A stretch of DNA of 63,919 nucleotides, the filler included. It is 10 parts of 10 records of this genome, joined end to end, with 100 filler letters (N's around TTAATTAATTAA, not from the genome) between each part and the next. Parts side by side here need not be neighbours in the genome. Positions count along the whole stretch, not along the records: positions 1 to 9,391 come from SRR31147125_12435; positions 9,492 to 14,563 come from SRR31147125_12457; positions 14,664 to 20,030 come from SRR31147125_12475; 7 more parts are not named here. One strand, 5' to 3'. Both the position numbers and the translations under genes were made by a program. Numbering within the stretch: position 1 is the first letter of the stretch; every line of letters begins with the position of its first letter. The notes beneath the pieces are model-generated. The model did no database searches, was not told where the DNA came from, and saw only the letters and a program-made list of their open reading frames with translations. Of the stretch, positions 9,004 through 19,005 are shown one piece after another.

Positions 9004-9391
9004 CTAAGAAATGTCATTCAATATGTTCCTGTTTTCTTTTTCTTCCAGTTCTTTTTGCATAATCAAACAGGTTCGATGGTCAATTGAGTAAAAATAGAGG
9101 AAAATGGCACATGACATATAAAGAACTCCTGGTATCACAGAGATCATCAGTTTAATTCCAGTAATAGCAGTGTCAGACTGATCAGCATTTGGAATAAAAT
9201 GAAATATGGCAAGTAGCCATCCCGCTAATGCCCCACCAATACCCCAGCCAGCTTTTTGAGCAAAAGTTGCAGCTGAAAAAACAAGTCCTGTTGCCCGCCT
9301 TCCACTTTTCCATTCCGAATAATCTGCAGTATCGGCCAACATTGTCCATAAAAGAGGAACAGCTGGTGCATAAGCCATTTTTGCCAGAATA
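9004..9391 (-). CDS. GPH-family MFS sugar:cation symporter, C-terminal part (contig edge)
   Basis: LWTMLADTADYSEWKSGRRATGLVFSAATFAQKAG motif. Confidence 0.88.
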
Positions 9392-9491
9392 NNNNNNNNN
9401 NNNNNNNNNNNNNNNNNNNNNNNNNNNNNNNNNNNTTAATTAATTAANNNNNNNNNNNNNNNNNNNNNNNNNNNNNNNNNNNNNNNNNNNN
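9392..9491. other. Artificial contig linker (N44-TTAATTAATTAA-N44). Identical linkers at 14564-14663, 20031-20130, 25726-25825, 33344-33443, 39196-39295, 45633-45732, 53443-53542 and 58744-58843
   Basis: Nine identical 100-bp N blocks with a six-frame stop cassette. Genes are cut at the linkers and composition changes across them. Confidence 0.99.
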
Positions 9492-9540
9492 CGGCAATAA
9501 ATATCTTTATTTTCACACAGCCTGTTTAGGTCGCGTTTCA

Positions 9541-9918
9541 TTAAATAAAAAGCTCGTTTAAAGCGCCAAAATAATCTTCGTCCCAGCCTTCAGAAATATT
9601 CTGGTACGCTTCGTCAGGAATGTTGGTATGTAATAGTTCTACACTTGTTCCTTTTTTGTGTTCGTGTAATTTTATGGTAACAACCGATTTTTCTTCCTCT
9701 TCGCCAAAAAACCACAACTGTACAATTTTTTTATTTTTTTCAAACTCAAGATTTATTCCTGAAATACTTCCGTTCCATAACGAGAATTCGGTATTGGATT
9801 CAGTCTCCATAACCACCTCTTCTCCGGTCCAAATTTCCAGCATTTTCTTATTAGTCAAAGCATTGTACACATCGCTCGGTTCGGCCTTCAGATTATAGTA
9901 TCGTTTAATCTCCTTCAT
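9541..9918 (-). CDS. AHSA1/SRPBCC (START-like) domain protein
   Basis: VYNALT...WTG...FSLWNGSISG...KKIVQLW...TSVELLHTNIP...GWDEDYF. Confidence 0.85.
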   Translation of the reverse strand: MKEIKRYYNLKAEPSDVYNALTNKKMLEIWTGEEVVMETESNTEFSLWNGSISGINLEFEKNKKIVQLWFFGEEEEKSVVTIKLHEHKKGTSVELLHTNIPDEAYQNISEGWDEDYFGALNELFI

Positions 9919-10018
9919 AATAATTTCATTTATTCAAATGTAGCTTTTCTGAATTAATTTAACTGAATTTATTCAATCCAATTTTCTTTCTATTTTTGAC
10001 AACTCAACAGAAAAAAAG

Positions 10019-10881
10019 ATGGGAAGACTACAGAACTATTCGCGACTTGTAAAATTTGAACATACCATTTTCGCTTTGCCTTTTGCATTGACCGGATTTT
10101 TTATGGCACTCCAAAACGATAATGCTTCGATTAGCATTCGACTTTTGGTTTTGGTATTGCTGTGTATGGTTTTTGCCAGAAATGCGGCAATGGGTTTTAA
10201 TAGATATTTAGACAGAGAATTTGACAAAAAAACCCGCGAACGGCCATTCGCGAAATTCCGGCAGGTATACTTTCGCCCCGTTCTGTTGCGTTTTTTGTTC
10301 TTACCAATGTAATTTTATTTATTGCAACAACCTTATTTATAAACAGGCTGTGTTTTTATCTGTCGCCGGTTGCTTTATTTGTAATTTTATTTTACAGTTA
10401 CACCAAACGTTTTACCCCGCTTTGCCATTTTGTTTTAAGCCTGGGGCTTGCAATTGCTCCAATTGGTGCCTACCTGGCAGTTACAGGAAAATTCGACTGG
10501 CTGCCTTTATTATTAAGTATGGTAGTATTTTTCTGGGTAAGCGGATTCGATATAATTTATGCACTTCAGGATGAAGATTTTGACAAAGGCTTAAACCTTA
10601 AATCGGTGCCGGCAGTTCTTGGAAAAAGAAGAGCCTTAAATGTTTCTGTTTTTATTCATTTAGCTGCAGCAATTTTTGTAGTGGCTGTTGCCTGTTTCTT
10701 AAACGGAAATATCCTTCAATGGCTTGGTTCGGGCTTGTTTATAACACTGTTATTTTACCAACATACACTTGTAAAACCCAACGATTTAAGCAAAGTAACA
10801 TTTGCATTTTTTACTACAAACGGCATTGCCAGCGTTATTTACGGAACGCTTATGATTTTAGGATTTTATATTAGTTTATAG
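10019..10881 (+). CDS. UbiA-family polyprenyltransferase (MqnP/ubiA_other type); apparent frameshift at A7 run 10226-10232
   Basis: VKFEHTIFALPFA, ARNAAMGFNRYLDREFD-[KKNPRTAIREIPAG after adding one A], YSYTKRF, GFDIIYALQDEDFD. Confidence 0.9.
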
Positions 10882-11032
10882 AGTTATGTAAAGCATGCTC
10901 TTACAAACTTTCTGCTAATTTGCGCTCGGTTCCTTTATGTTGAATACCGAAAAACGGTACATATAAAAAATCCAACAATTCTGTATTTACAGTTTAAACC
11001 ATTATTTCAGCCAATAAAAAACTTTAAACTAT

Positions 11033-13026
11033 TTATCTAATTCGTTTTGTACGCTGTACATCGCGGTTAATTGTGTAAGAAAAACCAATCGTTATAAATT
11101 CCTTAAACTGAAGTTTGGCTTTTTCCCCAATTTCATTTCCATCATCGTCATAAACCGAGAACATAACATCATCGTCATAAATCATATGAAACATCATTTG
11201 CATACTCATGTACGAATTCAATTGTACTTTAAAATTATTTTCCCAGTCGATATCGAATTTACTAAATGGAGACCCGTAGTTAATAAACATGTTATACTTG
11301 GTCTCCCATGTAATATTGTTAGCAAGCTGATGTTTATACGTTAAATCGGCATTTAAATAAGGTTCCCAAAAAGTCTTTTGATCTTCATCAATACCATAAT
11401 TAGTCTGGTCTATTAAACTTGTATCGCGCACATAAACATTTTTTAGCGTTAACGGAGACAACAGCAACGAAAATTTATTATTAGGTTTATAATCAAGACC
11501 AACTTTAAAATATGTTTTTAGCGGAGCCATAAATGCAGAATATGGTGTTGGATTATCTTCTTTTGGATAAGTATAACCGCGAAAAAACTGCGTATTAAGA
11601 TTGAATTCGGCACTGTAATACCATTTTTTGAATGCACTTAGTCCATACCTCGAAGTTAATTCAAATTTATCGCTGTTTTTCTGAAGTTCAGCATCGTCTC
11701 CCCCAGGCCTAATCCAACCATTTCTTATTTCTGCCGAGTTTTCCCATTTTACCTTTTTATCGGCACTGGTATAATTAGCCGAACCTTTTAGTACCATTAA
11801 TAACGACAAGGCACTTTGTCCACCTTTTTCCAGTTCTCGAGGTAAGTTTGTGTAAAACCAACAGAGCCGTCGCCACCAAGTTTCCACGGAGTCTCCAGCT
11901 CATAGCTTTTCCCCACATCCGAGAATTTGGAATAGTCTCCTTTCAAACTTTCAAAATCAAAATCTTTTGTTTGTTTTTCTTTGATACGCGAAAAAGTCAC
12001 ACCGTCATCAATCAGCATTTGCATGCCTCGCTTATCTGTAGTTTTTACCATTACCCTCAACGAATCTTTCTGTTCGTTTTTCAGCCACACACGCGAATAA
12101 CGTTCGCGCCCATTTTGCAATAGTATCTCTTCGCTTTCGCCTGTTAAATTGGTAATGGTTACTTTTGCTGTATCTACATAATCGGCATAAGATGTTAACA
12201 CTTCCATTGCCGCCCTTATTGACTCATTAACACTACCAATCACACTATCGTTATAATGCACTAAAACCTGGTAATTATTAACTTTCACCAAATCGTTATA
12301 TTGCTTTATTCTGAAATCCAGTTGTTCTTCAAACTTCTGTTTCCTATAGTCGGCCATAACTTTTGTTACATAAACATCAGTAATCGAGTCGTTATAGAAT
12401 TGGCGTCGTTGCTCAATAAAATTATTGCGAATACTATCAATCCGAACCAGCTTATTGAATTCTTCGGGTGTATTTAGCACCGAATCCGGAATTACTTCAG
12501 GAATAAGTAAACTGTCGGGCATAATATAAACCGAATTGGTAAATAAGGTCATTCCCTCGCCTTTCGGAATTACCGAAACCTGAGCTTTTGCATTGGTAAC
12601 AATATATTCCGGAACAGAAATAGGATTTTTAGCAACTTCGTTTTGATACTGAATACTAATTTGGTCGATATTATTGAGAACAACCGGTGCCGAAACATAG
12701 CCCGGAACACTTAAACTGTCCTCAACATTTTCAGGAAGGCGCGTAACAAAAATGCTATCGTTCTGCTTACTTTCCGAAAGATTGCGAAGAATATTATCAA
12801 TAGGTGCATCTTCCAAAAAATTAACAAGCCCACTAACATCCGACTTATTAGCAGATTGAACTACATACCAATTATTATCTTCGAGAAAATAATTTCGCAG
12901 AATATTAATTCCTTCCGATACAACTTGTTGGTCGCTTTTTTCTTGCTCTTCCTGAGCAAAAGAAATTTGTGCAAAAAATAATGCAATGAGAGTGATTAAA
13001 ATTGGTTTCTGGTTTTCTAAGAACAT
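11033..13026 (-). CDS. Secreted/outer-membrane protein with a C-terminal DUF3078-like beta-barrel; apparent frameshift at T5 run 11825-11829
   Basis: Signal peptide. ...FTQTYLENWK joins KGGQSALS... after adding one base. C-terminus KLQFKEFITIGFSY. Confidence 0.8.
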
Positions 13027-13142
13027 CGTACGTTTTTTAGCTTTCTGTTGAAACGCAAAAATAACAATTCTGGTATTTTCAACGAATCATTTTTGTATAA
13101 CAATTAACAATAAATGTTTAATTAAAATGCTTAAGGTATTTA

Positions 13143-13601
13143 CTACCAATTAGAAAAGGGATTTTGAGCTAGCCAGGCATTAAAATACCGTTTATCGTCG
13201 CTTACTTCGGTAGAAATCCATTCCGGTAAATCAACAACCTGATTTTCGTTCTCCAATTCCACTTCGGCAAGAAATAATCCTTTGTTTATTCCATCAAATA
13301 CATCAATTTCCCAGGTCATTCCCTTGTGTACCTCGGTATAACGCACTTTTTCAATCGGAAAGTCTAAACACATCTCCAGCATAACATATGCTTCTTTTAC
13401 AGGAATTTTGTATTCCAGTTCTGTTCGTGTAATTCCCCTTTGATTGCCTTTTATGGTAAGAAAAGCCTCTTCGTTTTTAATACGAACGCGCACTACTCTT
13501 TCTTTATCAGTTGAAAGATACCCCTGAATAATTTTTTCTCCTTTTGAAGACGGGCTCCACTTTTCCCTGTCAATTAAAAACTTCCGTTCAATCTCAGTCA
13601 T
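13143..13601 (-). CDS. CYTH-domain (triphosphate tunnel) protein
   Basis: EIERKFL (ExExK), QGYL, RVRI, TIKG, WEIDVF, AEVEL. Confidence 0.92.
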   Translation of the reverse strand: MTEIERKFLIDREKWSPSSKGEKIIQGYLSTDKERVVRVRIKNEEAFLTIKGNQRGITRTELEYKIPVKEAYVMLEMCLDFPIEKVRYTEVHKGMTWEIDVFDGINKGLFLAEVELENENQVVDLPEWISTEVSDDKRYFNAWLAQNPFSNW

Positions 13602-13782
13602 TTAATTAAGCAATTAAAGATTCTATTAATTTCAAACAAAAGTATTACTATTTATTCATATTGAACTTTTTAATTGTATTTACAGCATGAATCGAACTTT
13701 ATTATAAATAACCTTTTGAAAAACATCATGTATCTAATTGACTTTCAGCATGCATTTTCAGAACTTAGCAATTAAAAATATT

Positions 13783-14334
13783 ATGAAGACAAGAATTGTT
13801 TTAATCCTTTCAACCTTTTTACTTACGTTAACATGTTTTGCAGGAGAACCGGTACCCGGTGCTGAAGTTTATATTGAACAGGAAGGCAACGGCAACGAAG
13901 GTCCTATTGCTTTTCAGGAAACAGGCAATACAGGACAAGCTACTTTTTCGCATCTCGATGCCGGAAAATACAAGGTATACATGGTATTTCCGAAGCAAAA
14001 AGGGAAACTGGCCATACAACGAAAGGTAAAATGCAATGTAAAAGCAGCCTATGATATTGATAAAAAAACATACTATTTGCAACAACCTGAAGGCTATTTT
14101 TCAGTTCATTTCTCTGGATTAAAAAAGATTTCGGGAAAAGGATTTGTTGATGCATACGATGCCGAGAAAAACCCATCGGGGCGCATTTTATTAGGGGAAT
14201 TTATGGTAAGTAACGACAATGGCAGCATTAGTCTTGCCATTGAAGCCGAAACCGCAAAAAAGTTCGCAAAAACTACTAACGTAATAAAAAACAGAACAGA
14301 TACAGCGAAGAATAGTATCCGAAATATAAATTAA
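13783..14334 (+). CDS. Secreted hypothetical protein with a carboxypeptidase-regulatory-like beta-sandwich
   Basis: Signal peptide MKTRIVLILSTFLLTLTCFA; PVPGAEVYI...TGNTGQATFSHLDAGKY. Confidence 0.6.
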   Translation: MKTRIVLILSTFLLTLTCFAGEPVPGAEVYIEQEGNGNEGPIAFQETGNTGQATFSHLDAGKYKVYMVFPKQKGKLAIQRKVKCNVKAAYDIDKKTYYLQQPEGYFSVHFSGLKKISGKGFVDAYDAEKNPSGRILLGEFMVSNDNGSISLAIEAETAKKFAKTTNVIKNRTDTAKNSIRNIN

Positions 14335-14888
14335 CCTATCTTGGTTTCTCTTGTTAACAGGGATTTTACTATTGTTCCACTGCTCATATCTTAACGACTC
14401 AATCCCAATAAATCGAGGATTTCAGCATTTCTTTCTACTCGTATCGAAGTGCCTCACCCCCGACGCTACAGCCGGGATTTCGTCACTCATATCTGAGTGC
14501 TTTCATCCCGTTCCGTTTCACTTCACGAGTATTTCCGCTCTCCTCTATTCATATCGGAGAGCTNNNNNNNNNNNNNNNNNNNNNNNNNNNNNNNNNNNNN
14601 NNNNNNNTTAATTAATTAANNNNNNNNNNNNNNNNNNNNNNNNNNNNNNNNNNNNNNNNNNNNAATTTTCATAATTTTCTTTTTCATTTAGTTTTGAGAC
14701 TGGTAATAGAATTGTAGGGCAGTGACTTGAAGATTTTTACAATTATTCGCAATTGAGCTTGATATAGTCAGGCATTGTTAATTTTTGTGATTTTTATTTT
14801 TTGCTATGCGTCACCAATTTTTTAGCGATCAATTACAGATAAAATTTAAAATTTTAACTGCCATTACGATCAGAGAAAGGACTTATCC

Positions 14889-15404
14889 ATGAAGGTTGTT
14901 TATTCTGCATTAGCCATAGCCATTTTGTTTATCTCGGATGTATTAGCCCAACGCTCTAAATCAGATTATATAGGAGAGATTTTCCTAAGAGATGGCGAAA
15001 TCATAAAGTACACGGCAATTAGCTCAGAAGGTATTGGCACGCAAATATTATATTCAAGAGTTGTTAGGGTTGAGAAGGTAACAGGATCAAGACGATATAT
15101 TGACTTTGAGAACATTTCACGGATAGACTTTCTTGAAAGCGACACAAAGATAAAAGAAGACAGAAATGTTGTAGGGACGCAAGCTAAAATTACTTTTCAT
15201 GATGGTGAGGTTTGGGATAGTCTATACATTGATCCCTCTGCATTTATGTTCTGGACACCTTACGATAGGGGTATCATCACATCAAAAGATGCAATTGCCA
15301 TTACATTCATCCCACATGATGTGAAGCGATGTCCCCAATGCTCAAAATTGTTCCCTCAAATTAAATTTTTATATTGCCCTTATGACGGAACCAAACTTAA
15401 ATAG
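14889..15404 (+). CDS. Secreted hypothetical protein with a C-terminal zinc ribbon
   Basis: SD-like AAAGGA, signal peptide, C-terminal CPQC...CPYDG. Confidence 0.7.
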   Translation: MKVVYSALAIAILFISDVLAQRSKSDYIGEIFLRDGEIIKYTAISSEGIGTQILYSRVVRVEKVTGSRRYIDFENISRIDFLESDTKIKEDRNVVGTQAKITFHDGEVWDSLYIDPSAFMFWTPYDRGIITSKDAIAITFIPHDVKRCPQCSKLFPQIKFLYCPYDGTKLK

Positions 15405-15549
15405 TCTGGCTTGTATATATATTGGCCAGACTTACAAATTTGAAAATAAGATTATGGTTGAACGAAACCGTTCCGCGGTAGTATCAACGTTTTTTGTTAT
15501 TTTTATGGTATCTCACAAGGTTTTTAACAAACTCGATGAGGAAAAACAC

Positions 15550-15714
15550 ACTCGATTTTGAGAGAAATTGGCAAGAATCATTAGAATGTTTCATACAGGC
15601 TTTGGTTTTTAATCCAGAAGATCCTCCTTCTCAAGTTTATTACAGGCGGTGTTTAGAATATAAAGTCCACCACGAAAAGAATGGGATAGCGTGTACGAGC
15701 TAAAGACTCGGTAG
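15550..15714 (+). pseudogene. Relic 3' end of a gene resembling the TPR-like tail of adenylate/guanylate cyclases
   Basis: RNWQESLECFIQALVFNPEDPPSQVYYRRCLEY, then in a shifted frame EWDSVYELKTR*. The stop is 11 nt before an attC site. No upstream catalytic domain is present. Confidence 0.55.
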
Positions 15715-15725
15715 AAACTAAGGGC

Positions 15726-15837
15726 ACCTAACATTTCGCTACAGGCGAACCAGGGATAGTGGATCGTATCAAGTTTTGTTTGCCCGTTTTGGATCTGAGA
15801 ATTTTCTTGCCTTGGTCGCCTGAGCTCCGTATTAGGC
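15726..15837 (+). mobile_element. Integron attC site 1 (R' mutated)
   Basis: R'' ACCTAAC, 5-nt spacer, GCT(A)CAGGCGA(A)CCAGGG pairing with CCTTGG-TCGCCTG-AGC with two extrahelical bases, 5-nt spacer, R' ATTAGGC (canonical GTTAGGC). Confidence 0.82.
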
Positions 15838-15862
15838 ATATTAACACTAAAAGAGGCACAAG

Positions 15863-16926
15863 ATGAAGCAGTTATGTTATTTAGTGCTTTTCTGGGGGAT
15901 TTTACAAAGTTCCTGTTCAAAAGCACCTACCGAGAACGAGGAAAACAATATTCCGTCTGAAGATACAGGAGTGCTATTACTTCATTATGGATTAAACATT
16001 CATTGGGTAACAATAGTCTGGTCCAGGAATACCAAAGAACTTTTTATAGCCGGAAGTAAAGGTATCCAGGTTATCGATTTATCGACTTTATCTGTAAGGA
16101 CAATAGAAGGAAAGAATGGTGTTAGTAATACCTTTAGAAATAGTATGGCTCTTTCCAATGATGGGAATATATTATATTATTTTTTAACCGGTTCCAGCTG
16201 GCATGGGCCGTTGTATCGTATTTCAATAGATGGGCATAACCGACAGCTTCTTAATGATAGTGAGTGTAGTGATTTGTGTTTATCACCTGATGATTCACGT
16301 CTTGCATACTGTGCTTATCATCCCTTCAGTGAAGGTGGAGCTGACTCATTGTATATTTTTAAAATTGATAGTAAAGAAAAGAATTTTCTTTGTATTGGTC
16401 ACCCGATAACATTTTCGCCGGATAGCAGGAGCCTTCTCTATTACTACCTGACACATCCGGATACAAGTCAATATGCAGTTAAAAACTACTCCATTGTTTC
16501 GATAGACAACGGAGAAACCTATCCAGTATCAACTGGTATAGATATCCATTCTATCCGTTTGTACAGTTTTTTTGGGATGAAAACGGAATATATGTTCTAT
16601 ACACTCCTGAATATGGTCAATGTGCTGTTCGAAATATCACTACAAACGAAACAATATTTTCCTGGAAAGCACATCCTTATGTGTATTCTCCTTCCTATAC
16701 CTTTTCTCCCCAAGGTAAAAAGATAGCTTTCTGGATAAGTTTTGAAGGTATAAAGCCCGGGATTGCTGGCTATAGCATACATGTTATTGATTTAAGCTTA
16801 AAAAGTGACACGCGCATTGCGTATTCTGTCAGAGAAGGTCAATCTCATTCCATAGCTTTTTCCCAAGATGAATCAAAAATAGCATATGCATTCGGTGAGA
16901 GCATTTATATGAAAGATATTCCATAA
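15863..16926 (+). CDS. Cassette gene: TolB-like/WD40 beta-propeller lipoprotein; apparent frameshift at T7 run 16567-16573
   Basis: Lipobox-like LQSSC. Repeats WSRNTKEL, LSNDGNIL, LSPDDSRLAY, FSPDSRSLLY, FSPQGKKIAF, FSQDESKIAY. Confidence 0.82.
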
Positions 16927-16980
16927 GATTGTTTTTTCTAAATGTGGAAAACGATAATCAATTGTTTGGTTCAAAAAATG

Positions 16981-17061
16981 TTCTAATAAGGTATTAAAAT
17001 CGATGTATCAGTTTCTCCAGAGTAACTCTTTTTTTAGAATTTATTATGCCAATTGCTATGC
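16981..17061 (+). mobile_element. Possible heavily decayed attC site
   Basis: TTCTAAT-AAGGT-ATTAAAATCGA resembles an R''/L'' arm, and ATTTATTATGCCAATT-GCTATGC resembles L'/R'. Pairing is poor. Confidence 0.3.
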
Positions 17062-17103
17062 GGCCCAATAAGAGCGCCACTACACAACATATGGAGGTTA
17101 TTA

Positions 17104-18093
17104 ATGCCATTTTTGAAACCAAAAGAGACGTTTGCAACAGGGATGGTCAGACCAAAGACCACAGCCCTCTTTTTTGACAAACTTTGGGTGCATCCTGCCT
17201 TGATAAAGGGCTTTAACTATGACGACCTGGAACCATATCGTATACCTCCTGAGGTGTGTGTGACTAATCCAATGGGAGCCGGAGATTACTACGACAGTGG
17301 GGAGAGACAAAGGATATATGTAACAACTAAATGGGCAGAAGTGGCTTCTACTGACGTAACCGAAGCACTGCGGCGCCTCAGCATGGAAACCTGGGATCTA
17401 CGTTCCATTTTCGAAATTGAGGCAATACAGCACTTTGAAGAAAAGGAAACCAAGTTTTGGGAGCGACTACAAGAACGCATCCCCCCACTCCCGGACCTGG
17501 ACTCGGATGACGATTGGAAATTGTACATGACTACACACCATCGGAATAAAGCAATAGCATTTATAGTGCAAATGTATGCTGAAAGAGGTATCAGAATGAC
17601 CCCCATTTACCTTACGCCATCCGAATATGATGAGGTCACAGCTCAGGAGAGCGCGAGTCTTGAAGCTTGCCTTGATTACGTTCCGACAGTGGCTGATTCA
17701 GAGTTGACTTGGGAACAGGTTCTTGAATTTCGGAAAGATAAAGCAGCACGGGAAAAGCTTGACCGTCTGAGACGATGGTTTAGTATAGAGCTAGTGGAAA
17801 AGGGTGAAGAGGAAATAAGAGACATCTTGGGTAAAAGACTTGATGATTATCAGTGGGCTTTAAAAAAACATGGCATTCAAACAGTCATTGCTGGAACGAC
17901 ATCGGTATTATCATTTGTTGCAGGACCAGCTGCGTTACAAATATTGACAACAAGCCCATTGGCGGCCGTAGTCGGTGGTGTAGCCTTGGCCTCAGGGATG
18001 GTTGCCTGGATTGCAAATAAGTTAATAGAAAAAACAGAGATCCAAAGAAATGAAGTTGCATATATCTATGGAGTCAGGAAAATTATGACTTGA
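17104..18093 (+). CDS. Cassette gene: uncharacterised protein with a C-terminal hydrophobic hairpin
   Basis: SD GGAGG at 17093, ATG 17104, stop 10 nt before attC 2. Motifs KTTALFFDKLW and LTWEQVLEFRKD...LRRW. Confidence 0.85.
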   Translation: MPFLKPKETFATGMVRPKTTALFFDKLWVHPALIKGFNYDDLEPYRIPPEVCVTNPMGAGDYYDSGERQRIYVTTKWAEVASTDVTEALRRLSMETWDLRSIFEIEAIQHFEEKETKFWERLQERIPPLPDLDSDDDWKLYMTTHHRNKAIAFIVQMYAERGIRMTPIYLTPSEYDEVTAQESASLEACLDYVPTVADSELTWEQVLEFRKDKAAREKLDRLRRWFSIELVEKGEEEIRDILGKRLDDYQWALKKHGIQTVIAGTTSVLSFVAGPAALQILTTSPLAAVVGGVALASGMVAWIANKLIEKTEIQRNEVAYIYGVRKIMT

Positions 18094-18103
18094 TATGAAG
18101 GCA

Positions 18104-18222
18104 GCCTAACGGGCTGGTGCGGACGCGGCGAGCTATGCATGAATTTCATGTTGGTGATAGTTTGAAGGCTTGTTTTTTTAATAAACTTTCTCTCGCTCGC
18201 CGCACAGCACACCCCAATAGGC
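18104..18222 (+). mobile_element. Integron attC site 2 (degenerate)
   Basis: R'' GCCTAAC. GTGCGGACGCGGCGAGC pairs with GCTCGCCGCACAGCAC. R' is AATAGGC. Confidence 0.7.
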
Positions 18223-18263
18223 TGAGATAATCAGATCTGAATTTTTCATACAGGAGGAGAAAA

Positions 18264-18746
18264 ATGCACAAGCTGATGGAATTCATTAGACGCCATCAGC
18301 TGTTTGCTTATCTTAAATTGGTTTGTGCGTTTTCGTGAGCGTTGTGGATTCCTCTTCGGCCACTCTATCTCGGCGGTCGAGTCCTTGTGGCAACTTTCAT
18401 TATGCTGGGTTTTTTTGGTTCTGCCCCGGTTGTCGACTGCGCGCAGTCAACGGAGCCCTGCCCGCCACAACCAATTGCCGATCTGTCCGGAGTCGACAGC
18501 TTTGCCGGTAATGAGCAGCTTCCATTCCGCTTCCCTCTTGATAACGTCAGCTGTGATACATCGCCATCTTACACAGAGTTTTGTTCACGCAGCAGTTGGA
18601 CTGTATCTAAACACAAGTACCATGCGGCTGAAGATTTCCTGCGGCCGGCTGGTACTGCGGTCTATGCTATGGCTGATGGTTTTATCCGTTTTTCGGGACC
18701 GATGGGTGGTTATGGCCGTTTTATTTTCGGTGATTGGGATCTATAA
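18264..18746 (+). pseudogene. Decayed cassette gene with a truncated M23 (LytM) peptidase domain
   Basis: Strong SD AGGAGG with ATG 18264 reads into an early stop. The 18342-18746 frame has YHAAED (HxxxD)...PAGTAVYAMADG...GGYG and stops before the HxH motif. Confidence 0.65.
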
Positions 18747-18848
18747 AGTCATTCGCCGTTTCACAAAAACATCACCCAGTCAATCATAGCAGTTCACTGC
18801 TGGAGAGGAATGCGTCGCAGACAGTTCAATTAGGATAACGTGCTTGCC

Positions 18849-18973
18849 GCCCAACCCGTTGCTGCAGCTGATTTGACCTTCAGATCGTTTGGAAACTCGT
18901 GGTACGTTTGGTGTAAAACGAATTTCATGACAAGGATGGAGTAGCGGTTAAATAGCTGAGCATAGCGTTAGCT
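18849..18973 (+). mobile_element. Integron attC site 3 (best preserved)
   Basis: R'' GCCCAAC, spacer CCGTT, GCT(G)CAGCT(G)ATTTGACC pairing with GGTTAAAT-AGCTG-AGC, spacer ATAGC, R' GTTAGCT. Confidence 0.87.
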
Positions 18974-19005
18974 GGCAAAAAAGAAAAATATAATGGAATA
19001 AGAAA

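Noticed and set aside
9508..9524. TTTTCACACAGCCT resembling an IS1182-type right end at the start of contig 2
   Set aside because: Only about 14 bp with no transposase sequence; too little to support a call.
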